Shown here: piece after piece, positions 26,221-41,100 of the stretch
Position numbering within the stretch: position 1 is the first letter of the stretch
Layout of the letters: the number at the start of each line of letters is the position of its first letter
Notes under the pieces: generated by a model
Told to the model about the DNA's origin: nothing
The model's database searches: none
Seen by the model: only the letters and a program-made list of their open reading frames with translations
DNA from: Oikopleura dioica
Taxonomy: Eukaryota > Animalia > Chordata
Reading direction: 5' to 3'
Length of the DNA: 64,000 bases
Assembly: GCA_907165135.1 (NCBI GenBank)
Contig: OU015566.1
Coordinates: forward strand, 1,860,001-1,924,000
Translations under genes and position numbers: made by a program

Positions 26221-27583
26221 TCATTTATTGCCCCATTTGAGTGCAATAAGCCCCGAGACACCGATTAAGAGTCCAGCTTTGATGTAGCCCGTGACCGGTG
26301 ATCCGTCTTATTCTGGGTCAATTCAGGCCGTCAGTTCAATTCTGTCAATAATCGCCCCTTCTCGCTTCCCACCAGACCAAATTTACTGTTTTTGGTTCGA
26401 TTTCGTTTTGGGGCGAAAGTGAAATTGACCCTTACCTGATGATTCCTGCTCCGAAAGTGTTTCGTCAATAATCACCGGGAATTCGCCCTCCGATTCTTCC
26501 GAGATTTTGCCGTTTTCCTGGATGGTCGGGTTGGCGCTGAAATCTGATATTTCAGAAACATCAGCGAGGGTTTCGCGACGATCTTTGTCGAATTCGACTT
26601 CAGCGCATTCGTTCTCGCTTGATTTCGACTCCTCGTTGTCTTCAGTCTTGCTCAAATTTTCTGTGGATTTTTCGTCTTTTTCGAGTTTTTCTAGTTCTTC
26701 CTTGGTCATTTCTTTTTGAACCGTGAACCCGGTTTCGGTTTCAGCATTCTCGTACTTTCTTAGATCCGCTTTAGTTGGAGGTTCTTCATTGTTAGTTTCG
26801 CCGAGTGCTTGTTGAATCGCTTTTTCGACGATGTCTTCTGATTTTTCTTCGATTTCTTGGGTTTCAGAAATGCCAGATTCGACTTTTGATGAAGTTCCAA
26901 AAGTGAGTTCTTCATTTTCTGAACCCTCATCTGACGAAAAGGATTCGACTGGAGCGCATGACTGAACTTTTTGGCTCGAAACGAAGTTAAGCTGAACATC
27001 ATCATCATCGTCGTCGATGTCATCATTGTCGTCATTGTTGTTGTCAGATACTGAAGAAGAAAACTGCTTGGGAGATTATTTTAGTTGCTTTCGGTACCTT
27101 GCTTTTTTGATGATTCATTGCCTTTAACGATCTCCTGAGCGGCTTCAACAACCGGTTCTGGTGACGTTGAATCGATAATGATTCCAGAGTCGACCTTTAG
27201 GAATCAGTCTCAAAACTTCGCTTCTTGATTCATATTTGATTATGTGTTAAAAATAATAAAACTAACAAATAATCGTAAAACTTGTGAGACCTCCCTCATG
27301 AACATCACTTTGACCTCCTGATTTTACGACTTTAGCGGCTTGATTTAAAGACGTTTCCTCTCCACCAAGCTTTTCTGAAGAATACAAAGTCAGTCACGGC
27401 CATCAATAAACGAGCGGAAATCAGCAATAACAATAAACCACTTGTCACAGCTACTTATTATTTTATAGCTTGGGACTTACGTAAAAGCTGCTCGCTGAGG
27501 TCCAAGCATCGTTTTAGCCGGTCGTAGGTTTCTTGGGCCTGGGTTGTCGAAAATTTGATCGTAGTGCTGATTTCTGCAGCCAT
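26221..27583 (-). CDS. Acidic protein with a C-terminal hydrophobic tail (candidate tail-anchored protein)
   Basis: MAAEISTTIKF... with in-frame GT-AG exons, a D/E-rich body, and a last exon DGSPVTGYIKAGLLIGVSGLIALKWGNK*. Confidence 0.55.
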
Positions 27584-27929
27584 TTTTCTCAGCTAAAAAG
27601 GTTCTTCGAATGAAAAATTTGTCCCTTTTTTCGATGAAAATTTTTGTGAAAAAGTCCTCAAAAACGATCTTTTAAAAGAAAATCCTTAAAATTAAAAAGA
27701 AAATAAATAAGGGTGTCACTTCGTTAGCATCACCTTAATTTTATAAAAATTATAATAGTGATACCTCACTCTAAATAGCCTGTAATAAGAGCAAACTTAC
27801 CTTTTTTATATTTTTTATATTGAAAAATCAAATTCTCTGCTTTTTATTTTTTTCGTGAATTTCAAAATCTACCTTGAGTATCTTTCGCGTAGAAAAAAAA
27901 AAGTTACGACCTTCGACAACGCGGATTTT

Positions 27930-29426
27930 AAAACCACCTCATCAGAGAGAGCGAGTGAACTAGGTTCGAGTAAATAAATCTGAATTCGTTGTTTTGCTTC
28001 TTTCTAATTAATGCTGATTGATTTTGAACCTGCTCGACATTTATTTGACCCCTGAAAGTTGAACTTGAGTTTAAACTTTAAAAAATAATATTTTATTTTT
28101 GAGAAATATAAACAGTGAAATCTTCAAAGTTTAATCAAATCACCGTCCGGTAAATCGTCGGAAAATTCGGTTTTGATGTTGACTAAAGCGCTCGTTTTTC
28201 CGTTTTTCGGCGAGCGATTTTTCGTAATGAAATCGTATGTTGAAATGTCTTCGAGCCAGAAATAGACGTGAAGGCAGAAAAGCTGCGTCAGGATAAGCAT
28301 GAGACTAGAAAATGGGTTAGGAGGAGGGAAAATGGGGGAAAGGATGGAAGAAACGATAGTTACCCAAAAATGAGCATGGAGCTCATTATCGCTAGAATGA
28401 CTCTAGCATGATCATTGACGGTCTGTTTTGGGTGGACAAAGTCTGACTTACTAGCTCTGATATCTGTGAAGCAACCTGAGTCAGGTCCCCGAATAAGATG
28501 TTTTGTCAGGTTTTTAACGTAACCCTAACCCTAACCAAATAAATTGTCCACCCGAAATTGCCCAAGGTGAAGGAGGAAAAACCGACATGTAGAACATATT
28601 CAACAAAATGATCCCGATGACGAAGAGACACAAAATGATGGCGGTAAAAAGCGTCATGAAGAAATAAAAGTAGTTCGCACCGCCGACGCAGTTGTTGAGC
28701 CAGACGCAGTGGTGGTCAAAGTTACCGATGCATTTGTTGCAGCTGCGGCAGTGCTTGGAATTGCGAGTCACGCGACATTGACAGACGAAGCAGTAGTTGT
28801 CCTTGACGACACGGTCGCCTCGGTGGAGCTCGACATCTTGCCGGATAAGGGAATACTGGGAAAAACGTAATGTTTATGAAGAAGAATCTTGCTTTATTTG
28901 AAAACAAACCTCGACTTCTTCGTCTTTTGGGTCAGTAAATGTCGCTCAAAAGGTTTCAAGCTGACTGTAAATCCAGCTGGTATTATTAATTCTGAGTTAT
29001 GCTGTCAACCTTTCCTAGCAAATGAAAAATGATATGAACAATGTAAGTTGTCAACAGAAGACCAGTGAACCAAACCGGACTAAAAATACAAATAAAAAAT
29101 TTGAGTTTGCTAAAAAAATTAACATTGTGACACCCTCACAATGTCAAAATCGGAATTTCAAGCTTTCACAAGAAGAACTGGAATAAGGGTGTCAGTATGT
29201 TAATTTTTTAGAAAAATTCTCGTCCATAATGTCTTATCCCATCAAATCAAACCTCTTGAGATAGGGAATATAAATAAAAATCGTCCCCGCCAAGACCATA
29301 AACAACGCCGTCCAAGTAAAAAGCTGATGATAGTTCAGTGGATTCGTCAATCCGTTTTTACGCGGTTTCGTCCTATTCAACCATTTTAGTTCATTTTAGC
29401 TCAAAATTTCTAAATTGCACTCACAT
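27930..29426 (-). CDS. ZDHHC1/11: DHHC palmitoyltransferase, ZDHHC1/11 family
   Basis: [31 protein letters not shown]-terminal [14 protein letters not shown], and TM segments with an ISTYDFI (TTxE-like) motif. The ATG may be split by an intron (AT|G). The 3' end is approximate. Confidence 0.9.
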
Positions 29427-30053
29427 CTTCGGAGCGTCCAGATTTTTTTTCCAAAAACAAGTGTTTTTTTTTCTATCTCTGGTGTTTCTCAAATTCGATT
29501 AAAAGAAGTGCTCAGAATTGAACGCGCGAGTAAAAAGAGGATGCATGAATTATCAAAACAGCCAGTTGAACTGAATATTGAATATTTTTGCTGAATATTG
29601 CACGAAAAGCCCTGGATGAGAACATATTTCCTCTTGAAACACATTTGTACGTATCCGGCCGATGCATTATTCAACAGACATTTGTTGCTGAGATATATTT
29701 TTACTGCGACTACAGTGCAGCAAGAAATTAGCTGGCACCTTCAGCCTGCGGATAAAGCTCAGCCAGCTGTAATGAGCATCGTTTGTTTTCGAAATCCTCT
29801 ATTTCATCTGCAATTCTAGCAACTACTCAGTTGAATGGCTGCTTATTCATGTTGCAATAAAGGAAAAAGGATCAACATTTCTTGCGATTTTCATAAAAAT
29901 CAACAAGAATTGTTTTAGTAGGTAGAATCTTTTGGTTTTATTTGAACTGAAGAATGAATGGATAAGAATGAGGCTTCTTTATCAAGGAAACTGGGCATGG
30001 AAGTTGAGAAATCAATAGTTGAAATTGCACAAAGAATTTTTCTGATGCTGGTA

Positions 30054-31998
30054 TCATCTGGCTGCTCGCTGAAGTTGAGCCAGTTCCGTCATTCTAGGGC
30101 ACAGATGAGTTTTCGATTGCTAGTTTAATTTTACCTTAATTTCAAAGCTTCGTTTTCCATTTTCAATTTCTTCAAGCTCGCCATTTGCAGATCCAGAATA
30201 TCATCCTTCTTGCTCGAGCTCGAGTGCTGAAATCGACACCAGTACTGTCTCCACAAATCTGACGGTCCAAGTGGCCATGCGGGCGTCATCTGCGTTTCTC
30301 CATAAAGTGGATTTTTGAAGGACTCTTCTGCGGCTAAAACGGGCCAGATTGAGTAGGTTTTGTTGGTAACACCGGCAAGGGTTCGTTCTTTTTCGCTGTC
30401 GCCGATGAAATTGCCAAATTCGGAAGTGATAGAGATGTCGTGGAGGCGGAGGAGGAATGATGAGTTGAACTAGATAATGATTTATGAAAATATATTTTGG
30501 TGCATTCATGTACCTCAAAATGAAGAGGGTGTGTCAGCAAAAGATGATGAACAGCATGTAAAAAGAGGAAAAACGTTGATCCTTCTTTTCCGGTGATAGT
30601 GTTTTTATGCGCCCAGGCAGAGCGCTGATGACGCTCAAAAAAGGGATGGCCGGCTTCAATCCACTCTCGTTGAATGATAGAAAGCAATCCGACAAGCGTC
30701 CTCGCTAGAAAAAGGGCTAAAAAAGGGTTCAAGACAGAATGATACCTTCAGGAAGGTGGATAATCTGCGTCAACGAAGTGACAACCAACGTCATGTCCAC
30801 TCCATCTCCGCCATGAACAATCACGGGTGCCTGTCGAACAGCTTGAGCGGTCATCGAAGCGACCCAAAGAGTCGTGTCCACTGCAGCGAGCCAGCCTGAT
30901 TTCCGAAGTTTATCGAGGAAATCGTCACTCTTGGCGGACATGGCTTCCCAGGCCTTGCAAAAACTTGTGTGCACCGAGTAGCGATTCATAAGATCTTTCT
31001 AGGGATAGACTTAATTTATTAATTATTGTTTAAACAATTAATGTGACATTAATAATGTCTTTTCCTTTTATGAACAAAATTGCTAACTTCGAATATTCAA
31101 TCCCTTTGCCTGGATACTCTTTCTTATACAGCGGGTAATAAGAGTCTGTTTCCAAGCCCTTGCGCTTGTTTCTCAGCTCTTGAATCATGGATTTCGGTCT
31201 AATGTCAATCAGCACGCTCTTCTGTCCATTCGAAATCAACCTGAAGATCTCCTCGTCTTGCTTGTTCCGAGCATCCATGAATCCGATCGAGCTGCAGCGG
31301 AGAAGCGGATTGTGAACTGTTTGTTTCTGCTCTCCAACAGCTTAGATTTACAAATAAGGAGCGGGAAAAGGAGGATATTTACCGATAAGAGCAGAAAGAA
31401 CAGGAAACCGTCCGCCATCGCGGAACTTGGCAGATTTGAGAATTAGATCGTCCTTGACCGCGGCAGGAATAACGAGATATTTAGGGTAGCTAGAGCAGAC
31501 ATCGAATTTCTGATTCTTCTCGAAAAGTCGCCAGCGCTTGTTTCTCAGCGAAGCAAACCAAGCCTAGAATGAAATCCTTTAGTCTCCTGTCAGAAGCAGA
31601 GATTCTACCTGTGTCCCTAAAACATTGGGTTTCTTGAGCTCTTCATATTTTCTCGGCGGGTTATAGTAAAAAGGATGCGTGTCGGTAAACTTGATCATTC
31701 CACAAAGCTGAACGGAAGTGCACAAATCGTCCGCTTCGCCTTGCGAATTCAGAAGAAATCGAATTAGTTTTCCATTCTTTTGTCGCATTTTCACCAAATT
31801 TCGACCTTTGTCCGTCTCTTTCTCGACCGAATCAACCATTTTATGATCGACAATCAGTTCTTTCTGGACTCTTCGAGCGACGAAGATCAATTGATGACCT
31901 GTAATTGCCAGCTGGCCCTGACAATCAACCTGCCCATTTTTGTCCAGAAGCCGCACCCCGTCAACTTGTGGTGTTCTTATAAGTTCGACGAATTCCAT
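30054..31998 (-). CDS. MTMR9: Myotubularin-related protein 9 (catalytically inactive)
   Basis: The N-terminus MEFVELIRTPQVDGV matches MTMR9. The active-site loop VIVHGGDGVDMTLVVTSLTQII lacks the catalytic Cys. FKNPLY...LW motif and a C-terminal coiled coil. Confidence 0.92.
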
Positions 31999-32127
31999 TC
32001 TATGATGATTTCTTATTGAAAGGCTTTTTTCTTGAAAATCGTATTTATTCGCATTTGAACTGTGGAGGAATGAGGTTAGCTTTCAAATAATATGATCATG
32101 AATTGAAGAAATAAATGAGTGTTGTTT

Positions 32128-35100
32128 TCAGTCGTCTAGCATAGTTTTAACGAGGAAGAGAGTAATGGCGACCATGAAATTTTCTATTTCCGTGCGCAAG
32201 TTCATCCAGCTGTTTCGATACTTTCCTGCTTTGGAGATTTCCTCCCACTGAGTTCCGCGCGGAATATCCTTAAGCAGCGCGCGGATTCGTGTTTCTTCGT
32301 CGTTGTCGCTTACGGTGAGCAGGATCAGGATGGAGTAGTCGCCAGATTGGTTAAAGACTGCCAGATGACGGCACTTGCCACTTGTGTCTTCGTAAGGAGT
32401 CACCTAAAATCAAGCTGATCATGGTCCCTATTTAGGACTCGTTGACAAAAAGAAGGACAGATCATTGAGTCCATTCGATAAAAGCCACACAAAACGCACC
32501 TGAATTCTATCCTTTGAGCATTCCTCTCGAATAAATGTACCCAGTTTCTTGAGCCACTCGTTTCCAAGTCGACTCAAAGTCTTCAATCGTTCGTCAAGCT
32601 CGTGGGAAATCTCCATCACTGCCACATCAGCGTTGTTGAGCAGCTCTTTCAAGTCGGACAAGGCGGCGGTGCCAGTTTGTTGGAGTTTCCAAAGATGGTC
32701 TTTGTAGCACTTTTCGCCGACATTGTCGAATAATTTTGGCAATCCGGCGTCTTTCGAAGTCACTTCTTTTTCGATCAAAGCGATGGCGTCATTGAACGTC
32801 AAGTTGGTGGACTTGTCCGGGTTCTGGACGCAAATGATCCAGTAGGCGAGTTTAAGTTGTTTTATTTCTTCTTTGTCAGGTTCGGCACTGTCGTCGTGGT
32901 AGATGATTGCTACGGTTTTGAAAGCTCCAGAGTCGTATTCGCGCTGGAGGAGGATGTAGCTTCGGTTTTCGTCTGCGTCGCGGATTCTGAAGGTATTTTT
33001 AGCTACTGCGCTTCTCGATCATTTTCAAAACTTACTTTCTTTCGCTGCGTAACTCGACAAACTGAATCGGCTTAGTATCGAAATCCCTGTCCAATGTACT
33101 GTCTTTGACCAAATACTAAAAGATCTTTAATTGAAGAACAAATTGAAATCATGCGGGAAGAATTCTTTGCTTGAAAGAATCCTTCGTCGTGATTTTGTTC
33201 CATATGATTGGTGAAAATGACGAGAATGACGAAAATAGGGCTAGCTGAAATGAAAGATGCAGAAAATGACGACTAACAGCTATAACACCTAATCACTGGT
33301 ATTACCTTGAAGAAGTTAATTCTAACCTTGAAGAAATCCTTCGCCGGAATATTGTGCGTGTACGGCACAATCAGGGACCCCTGGTGGAAATCCCCGTGTA
33401 CCAGTTTTTCCCTAGAACGAAAATAAGTGGCGATCGGACAAGAATGATCTTACTTGAAATTCTGCTGCATGAGAAAACTCAAATAGCTCGGGAAGTCAAA
33501 GTTGAGGGGAAATAGGCTTTCTTTGGCTCTTGGAATTCCGGGGTAGTAGCGACTCATTTTGCGGATTTCGAAGTTGTAGTAGTCAGACCAGTCCCGGAAA
33601 ACGATTGAAAGATGGACTTCTGCCATCAGACCAGGGAAATTGAAGTTTTTAACCAATTTTTCGACGTTAAAATCGATCGCACTGTCTAGGGATGAAAGCT
33701 TTTCGCAGGTATCGAAGTCGTCTCGCTCCGAACTCACTACAATTTCACTCAAATTAGCTGCTTATCTAATGATTTGAGTTACCGAGAGCCATGTTGAGCG
33801 CAAAAACAGTCATCGAAACCGTGTTTTTCTTCTCCAAATCGATCATGATTTCAAAGACGATAGTGAAAATTTGATCAATACAGAATTGAAAGGAAATCGT
33901 CGAGAAAGAATCGTCCTTGTCCGAGAATTGAATATTCCTGACGGAGTTTGCCGGGAAATGCGCCTTGACATATTTACTCGTCAGTTCGAAAAACGCTTGT
34001 TTCTGACGCCTTCTTCGTCCGCTTTGTTGGTCGAATTGGGCAGGAGGCTGAGCGCCAAGATTGTTCATTCTCCTAGAAGCGGTGATCCCCGGGTTAGGCC
34101 GTTGTCTGCTAGAAACGACCATTTTTGCCCGTGGTCGCATTCGAGAAACTTCAACTCCAGGTGGTGTTTTGTTACGTTTTCTCAATTCTTGCCGTGTCGG
34201 ATTGTTTATAACATAACACTTGTCAGAGTGAAACCAAATCGGCTCAACTTCAAAGTGCTTTACGGTGGAAAAAGTTTTGATCAGCTGCAAGTCCGCATGG
34301 GAAATTTCAATGTCATTCAATCGGCCATCTTTGGTGGTCTCAGCCCATTCATGAAGAATGTGAGAAAGGCGGGAATCCTGTTGATCTCCCTTTGAAGCCT
34401 TTTTGGATTCCGAAATCGCAAGAAACTGGCGCCCATGATTGGTTGGAGGATCCCCGCAATTTTCTAGCGCTGGGATGTCGGAAGTGTTTCGGAAGGCGGC
34501 GCAGAAGGAGTTGATCACGACCGATTTGTCAGGCGCTGGTTTTTGCAAGTTGTCGATGTTGTTTTCAACCACGTCTTGGTAGTCGTAGCATTTTTTCGAC
34601 TTCCGATGATCTGGAACAGAGAACAAATTTCCCGATGGCAAGCTGTCGTATTGAAGTTGATGCTGAATCGGCGAGCTCAGGCCGAGTTTGAGCTTCGTTA
34701 TCGCTGTCAAAAGCTCGTATCTCACCAACTGAGAGGTCAAGAGCTTTTTAATGAAGTCGACCATTTGATCCGCGAGGTTTTCGGAGACGTTGTACATGTA
34801 CAGACACAGTGTGGGGTTTCCAACGATTTCTGAGTTTTCAAGAGTCAACATGGCGCAGGATTGACGGGAGAGCTCGTAGTCGCCGTCGGCAGTAGGACCG
34901 TTGTTGAACTTTGCGTAGTTTCGTGAGTTATTTGGACGAATACAAGTCATCGAGCCGCTGCGAGAGATGCTAGAAGGGCCTTCTTCGGAGCGATTGGTGC
35001 ATCTTTGCCAGTCCTCGTTGTCTCTCAAGAACATGGTTACCTCCACCTTTTGGCCAGAAACTTGCTTCACATTCTTCCAAAAACGTGACGGGACGAAATC

Positions 35101-38100
35101 GCCTTCAGTTTCATTCCGATAGAAAACTCTGCAGATATTCTCCTGATCATCGATTCCCGCTGCTTTAGCCCACAAGTCGGAGAATCGATCCCGTATCGCC
35201 TTGATGCAGCTCTTTTCGAATATTTTCCAGGATGGAACGCGAATTGATTGGCGCGAAAAGTCAACAAAATTGATCGTTGGATGAGAGAGCTCGTTCATGT
35301 GGGGAGCATTTTGAACGTTATTCGTCGGAGATTTTGATTCTTTGCGAATCCAATCGCGGAACTGGTTCTTGTAGTAGTTATGTAGCGCACCAGTTAGGCC
35401 ACTTTCGACGTCAAGTTTTTCTTGGAGCCGGGTGCTCGCTTGCTCCTGGGCTTTGTTCTCGTTGTTTCGCGATTTCAAGAATGAAATGCCTCGGGATTTT
35501 TGGAAGTTCGCGCCGTCGGTTTCAGCATTTTCACTCGACAGCAACAGTGATTTTTTCGAAAAGGATTTTGACATGTCGATGCTGGCAGAAGTGAGAGAGT
35601 CCTTTCTTCGTCTAAGAGAGCTGTGAACTTCTTTTGGACATGTTTTCGTCCCTTTTTGCCGACTTTCTATCGAACAAATCGGTCGATCGAAATTCATGCC
35701 AATCGGTTTCTGCAAAACGACGATTTCCATCAAACTGTCGAAAATCGCTGCTCGGACAAGACGAGAGAGGGACTTGTAGACCATGCTCTTGACTCCGTGC
35801 ACATTTGGCCGGAATGTGGAATTGTCCGACGTCTTCTCTTTTGAATCTTTATAATCTTGCATCCACATGCAAAAGACGATCGTCGGCTCGGCGAAGTTAT
35901 ACCCTGTTTCGCGAAAGATGATCATGTTGTCTTTGAGCTGCTTATCTGTGGGTGAGTTTGATTGAATGATGGCTTCTGCTTCGTCTAGGAATATTTCAGA
36001 GGCGTTTTGCTTTGGTTGCTCCTTTTTATCGGAGGGAAGATCAGTTTTGGTGGGGATGAGATTTGATTTATCATAAACTTCATAGGAGATGACGGCGATT
36101 TTAGCCTGCGTCGGATCGGGAGAAATGTTTGTTGAAGGAATATGCTGGCTAGTCCGTTTGTTTTGGCGATTTGGAAAGTTTTTCCGGCGCAAATTTGAAT
36201 TGAAAATAATCACCTCTTCTGGGTGAAGCTTTCGGCCTTGCGAAGCATTGTGGCGGAGAAAAGGCGTCTCGGGATGGATCGTTTCTTTCTTCTTTGTTGA
36301 TTTTCTATCGGAAGAAGAGTTTTGGTCGAGAAAGCCTTGTGCGGGCCCGTCTTTTCCAGCTGAGTGTACGGATAATTTCGGCTTTTGAGGCCTTTCGTAT
36401 TGAATATGATTCGCAGTCATGAACACTTGGAACTCCGTAGACTCAAGGATTTGCGATAAATAGAACGAAAAGCGGCGGAAATTGGCGTAAAGACACCGGG
36501 GAATCGGGAAGAAATACGAGAAACTGGGCGGTTCGGGTGTTGATTTATCATTTTTCGATCGTGGTTGGAGGAATTCGACGTCGGCGGTAGAAAGGAATTC
36601 ATTTCGATTTCGGTGGATTGTTGTTGAAAGCGCTTGGAGGGTCGCATTGTAGAGGACGAGTTCGACTTTTCGCTCGAGCTCCCGAAGAGCTGGCTTTATA
36701 TCGCCGTCGCCAAAATCGTCAGAGAGGCCGTGTACGTCGATCGTTACTGAGTTAGTTTTTTGACAAGATTTGCTGTTTGCTAATTGCGTGTTTATTGGAG
36801 GTGGTCTACCAATGCTGCCATTTGAGTTGAGGCGAACTGGCTTCTGGTGATTGAAATGATCACCGTAAACATCAGTTGATTCAATCGAAATTGAGCGATG
36901 AGTCAACAGCTGTCCAGAAGAGATCTCTTGTGATTCCTGATGTTTCCTGTCGATGAAGAAATAAACGATTCGTTCGCGCTCCATGATGACGAACATGTTC
37001 TGGCGATTCTTGACCCGCAAGTTCTGGAATTTCTTCTTGAGATTCGACACGGCGATAGAATCACCTCCTTCCCGAGGACGCTTGGTTATTCTAGGATGGA
37101 GCTGGATCTCGATCTCGTGGATTTTCGCGCAGGCGAACTCGCCGGGCTCGAAGTTCAAGAAGTCGCAGATGTCGTCTTCCAGCGGCCCATTGTTTTCTAC
37201 CAAATATGGATGGCATTCGAAAGAGGTGGACAGATCGTGGAGCAGATACATTTGGTTAACTTTCTGCACGATGCTTTTGATGTAATCTTCGATCTCCTTG
37301 ATGAATCGCTCGTCAGCATCCGTTACATTTGGATCTCTATATTGAATTCCTCTTGAAATGTTAGAATGAATATCAGATGTTTGTCCGATTTCGTTTGCTT
37401 CATGATGAATGGTTGTTCCGTAGCTGATTCGTTCTCCCTGAATTTTTACCGCGAAAGGATTATCTGCTCTTCTTCTGTGGTGATATAGCTTCATTACGGG
37501 TATTCTGCGATTTTGCGAAAAATTAAAAAGTCGATCATCATTCTGGCTCTTCAATTGATATTCCTCGAGGAGATCGATTTCCATGATAAGCCAGAAGTTC
37601 GGCACTTGCCATAGATCCTCGTGATCGTCACGATTGAATCCTCCGTGACTCATTCTTCGGACTCCACTGGACTCACCAGAAGTTCTATTGAATTGATCAG
37701 ATGCAGAGGAAGTCATGGTCGTTGGCGTTCGAGATATGGGTAAGTGACCTCTGCTGCCTCTCTTGTGAACGGGAGACAAAATGCTTTGAACTTCTCGATC
37801 TTCTTCTTCATACAGCTGGGGACGCTGGTCATAAGGCTGGTCAACAAATGTCGGAAGAGTGATTTCTCCTTCAAGTGTTCCATTCAATTCACCGAGACTC
37901 GCGTTTGAGGAGTTTTTTCCGCCATTGCCAATCCCTCCGTTTGAGCTCTGAATACTAGCGATGTCGACATCACTTCCATGCTCTTCTAGAGGCGCATCCC
38001 CAGTCTTTCTAGGGGTCAAGGTGACGTAGAAAAATTTGCCCTCGGACTTCAAATCGAATTGGAAGTCCTGATAAACGTCTGGCCCATCTTCTTTGCTCTC

Positions 38101-41100
38101 GAAAAGGGTTGATGGAAGAGAAAAGCCATGGTTTGTGCTGCCAAAGTAGCCGTGTCGGAGCAAATTTTCCCTGAATCGCTCGATCGATTCCGCATAATCG
38201 TCCTTTTCATTGACGAATTCGAGCGTTATTTCTCGCCCGTTGCACATTAAATTGTGGCGATGAACGTCAGTTTGCGTGATTGACTCGTTTTCTTCCACAT
38301 GCTTTTTGACTTTTTCGAGAATTTCGGATGTAATGATTCCTTGTTTTCTTCTCGCCGCGACGATCTCGTCTTCAATGATCATCTGGATAGAGCTCAAGGT
38401 CTTGTTGATTTTGTCTTCGAAGCCCATTGGGATTTTTCCGACGTTCGAGCTCGTTTCGGCATCATCTCCGCTCGAGAACACATCGCTTGGGATAGTGAAG
38501 AACATGAAAACCAGCTGTACTTGAATATCATCCAGTCTAACTCTGTTAATTCGTTCTTGCTCCGTTTTTATATTGTTAACTTTTTGCACCAGTTTTTGAA
38601 TTGACGTGAAAAACTCCTTCTTGAGAGGAACGGTTTCTCCGGAGAAACGGCGGTTGCACTCGCCACTAGCCCAGATTTGCATCTCCATTTGGAGAAAGAG
38701 CGGCTGGTGGAGGGTCGGCTCGTCTTCCAGTTGCGACGACATGAAATTCGATCGATCGCTTTCAGCGTTGGTGAGATCGGACACATTCGCTTGAGGCTCG
38801 TCATCCGTAATTGTCGCGAGAAGCTGACCTAAAAGAGCAATTAACGATTATTTCTTATGTTAATAAGGTACCTTCACACGACATTTGCTCGAAATCGTAG
38901 TCGTGGATTGTGGTTTTCTGCTCCTCCTTGGTCTGCTGATGTTCGAAAACAATGTCGTCTTCTTCTTCACTTTGATTTTCTTCCACAATTTGGTCTCGTC
39001 CAAATCCGTCTTGGGAGAAATTTTCATTATGAGGAGAATACTCGCCGTGAGTATAATCTGGCTCGACGAAGTAAAAAGTCGAGCATTCATGATCCTGATC
39101 GTCAGCGAAGAGTCGGAAATAATGGCCGATGTTTTCGTAGAGAAGTTCAGAGCATTTTGCAGCCGTTTCAAGCTCCTCTTCCGCGTCTTGTTGCCGCCGA
39201 GGCGTGTTGACGTCTATAGAGCGATTTCGAAGCTGAGGAGGAGGCGATCGATCTTCCAGTGTCGTGTCGGAGGGCTTCGGCTCGCCCATGAAGAAGCTTA
39301 ACGATTGATAAAATAACTTATTTTAAATAAGCCCGTTTATGAGTGGATGTTAAAGTTACCTTGGACGATTTTCATGCTTCGGGGAACCCAAACTCAGTGA
39401 ACTTCCTTCATCACTGCTTCCTGAAAAAGAGTTTAAACAGGTTTCAGTCGAAAAGATTGGTGATCCTGAGTGAATGGTAAAAAATGTGGGAGAGGCGATT
39501 TCTATGATTTCTAGAGCCCTAGCTAGCACCGTGAAGTGAGTGTTTAGCCCGAATTTCGATTAAATTACGGGCATCTACTAATTAATGAGCGTGATTTTTC
39601 ACCGAATGAGTGTATCTTTCCAAAAATTACCGCGAGAGATAGAAGTAACGCTTCGGCGCCTCATAAGTCTATTCCGGAAGACTGAATCAAGTTAAAATGT
39701 CGAAATGAACGACAAGAAAACAACCACTTACCTTCTTCATCAACATCTAAGTCCATATTGTCGCCCGCAGCTTCGTTTTGCCGCATTTGCTCGTCAAAAT
39801 TCACGCGCCACTCGGGGCACCAGGATAAAATTGCATCAGTGATGACAATTTTCTTCTCTTCCGGGACGCAATGCTCGTACAAGGCAATGTGAAAATCGGT
39901 CGAAGAAACAAGCGGGTCGCTGGACACAGATTTTTCGCCAAGAGTATGATAAACTCCACGGACAAAACTGCGGTTGTAGAGGTCTTCAAGTTCCGTGAAG
40001 TATTTTGTAAAGGCATCATCGGCTTCTTCGACGAACTGGAGCTTTGGAACAAACGGGCTAAAAGAGGACAGTTGTGAAAAAGGAAAGAATAAATGCACTT
40101 TGAAAGTTACCTGAAAGAATTATTCCGCTCATGTCTTACGGATTCTTGCTTCTTCATCGATTCAATCAGCTCTGGCTTCCAGCATTTATTCATGACCGTC
40201 ATTTTTTTGTTCATTGGCTTCATCTTGTTTATCGCTTCTCGAACCTTCGCCCGTTCCGAAACAGTCACAAGAACTGGCAACATTCCACGGTGTTTTCGAT
40301 TCTGAAGATCGAGAATTCCGTCGCTAGTGTAGCTGGACCGGCAGAAAGAAACTTCAGAATCTTTTCTGAGTCGAGACTCAATTTCTTCGTCAGAAACAAC
40401 TCCTTGGAAATCAGAATTCCGCGGCTCGTCTTCTGGAGGATTGATTTTGTCAAAAAGCTGTGGAGAAATGCACTCAAGAAGGGCAACATCGCTCAGACGC
40501 TCAGGAAGAGCAGTGATGATCAAACTGTCTTTTTCATCAACATATCTTGCATAAACTGCCCAGTGAGGAGTATTGTTCATGTTCGATCTCGGCAGACCTC
40601 CATCACATGATCCTGCGGAATGCGCTTTATCATCACCGTCCTCGTCTGAGTCGTAGTTTCCATCATACAGATTATCCTCTTCATAATTGTCATAGTCAGT
40701 AACTGTACTTCCGGATTCCTTGTGATCGCGTTTTCGGATGCCGAGCATTTCACAAAGAAATTCTTGAATCGGACACTTCATGTTTTCAACCGAATCAAGA
40801 ACGAGAGAAACATCTGATCGGATTTTCAGCACTTCATGGAATTGATGAAGAAGCACTTCATTTCCAGGATTCGGTTGGTTTTTATCCTCGGTTGTTGATT
40901 CGAGCAGCGAGAAGCCGAATAGGCGATGATTGCCGTGATACAACATTATTCCAATGTCGTGGGTGTTGTTCATAAAGAAGATCCGGTCCATTCGATTTTC
41001 GAATTCTTCATCTAATGAGTAGTCGAGGTATTTCATCTTCACTTCTTTTACCCCGCTTGTGTTCTCGAACCCAGCCGGCTTTGAGTTTTGCTTCAGGTCT

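Noticed and set aside
28520-28536. Interstitial telomere (TAACCC repeats; similar short runs near 800, 24610 and 45220)
   Set aside because: Fewer than three units, located at intron starts, and too short to support the call.
32851-32868. Frameshift in the SZT2 C-terminus
   Set aside because: Recounting shows EIKQLKLAYW reads through in frame.
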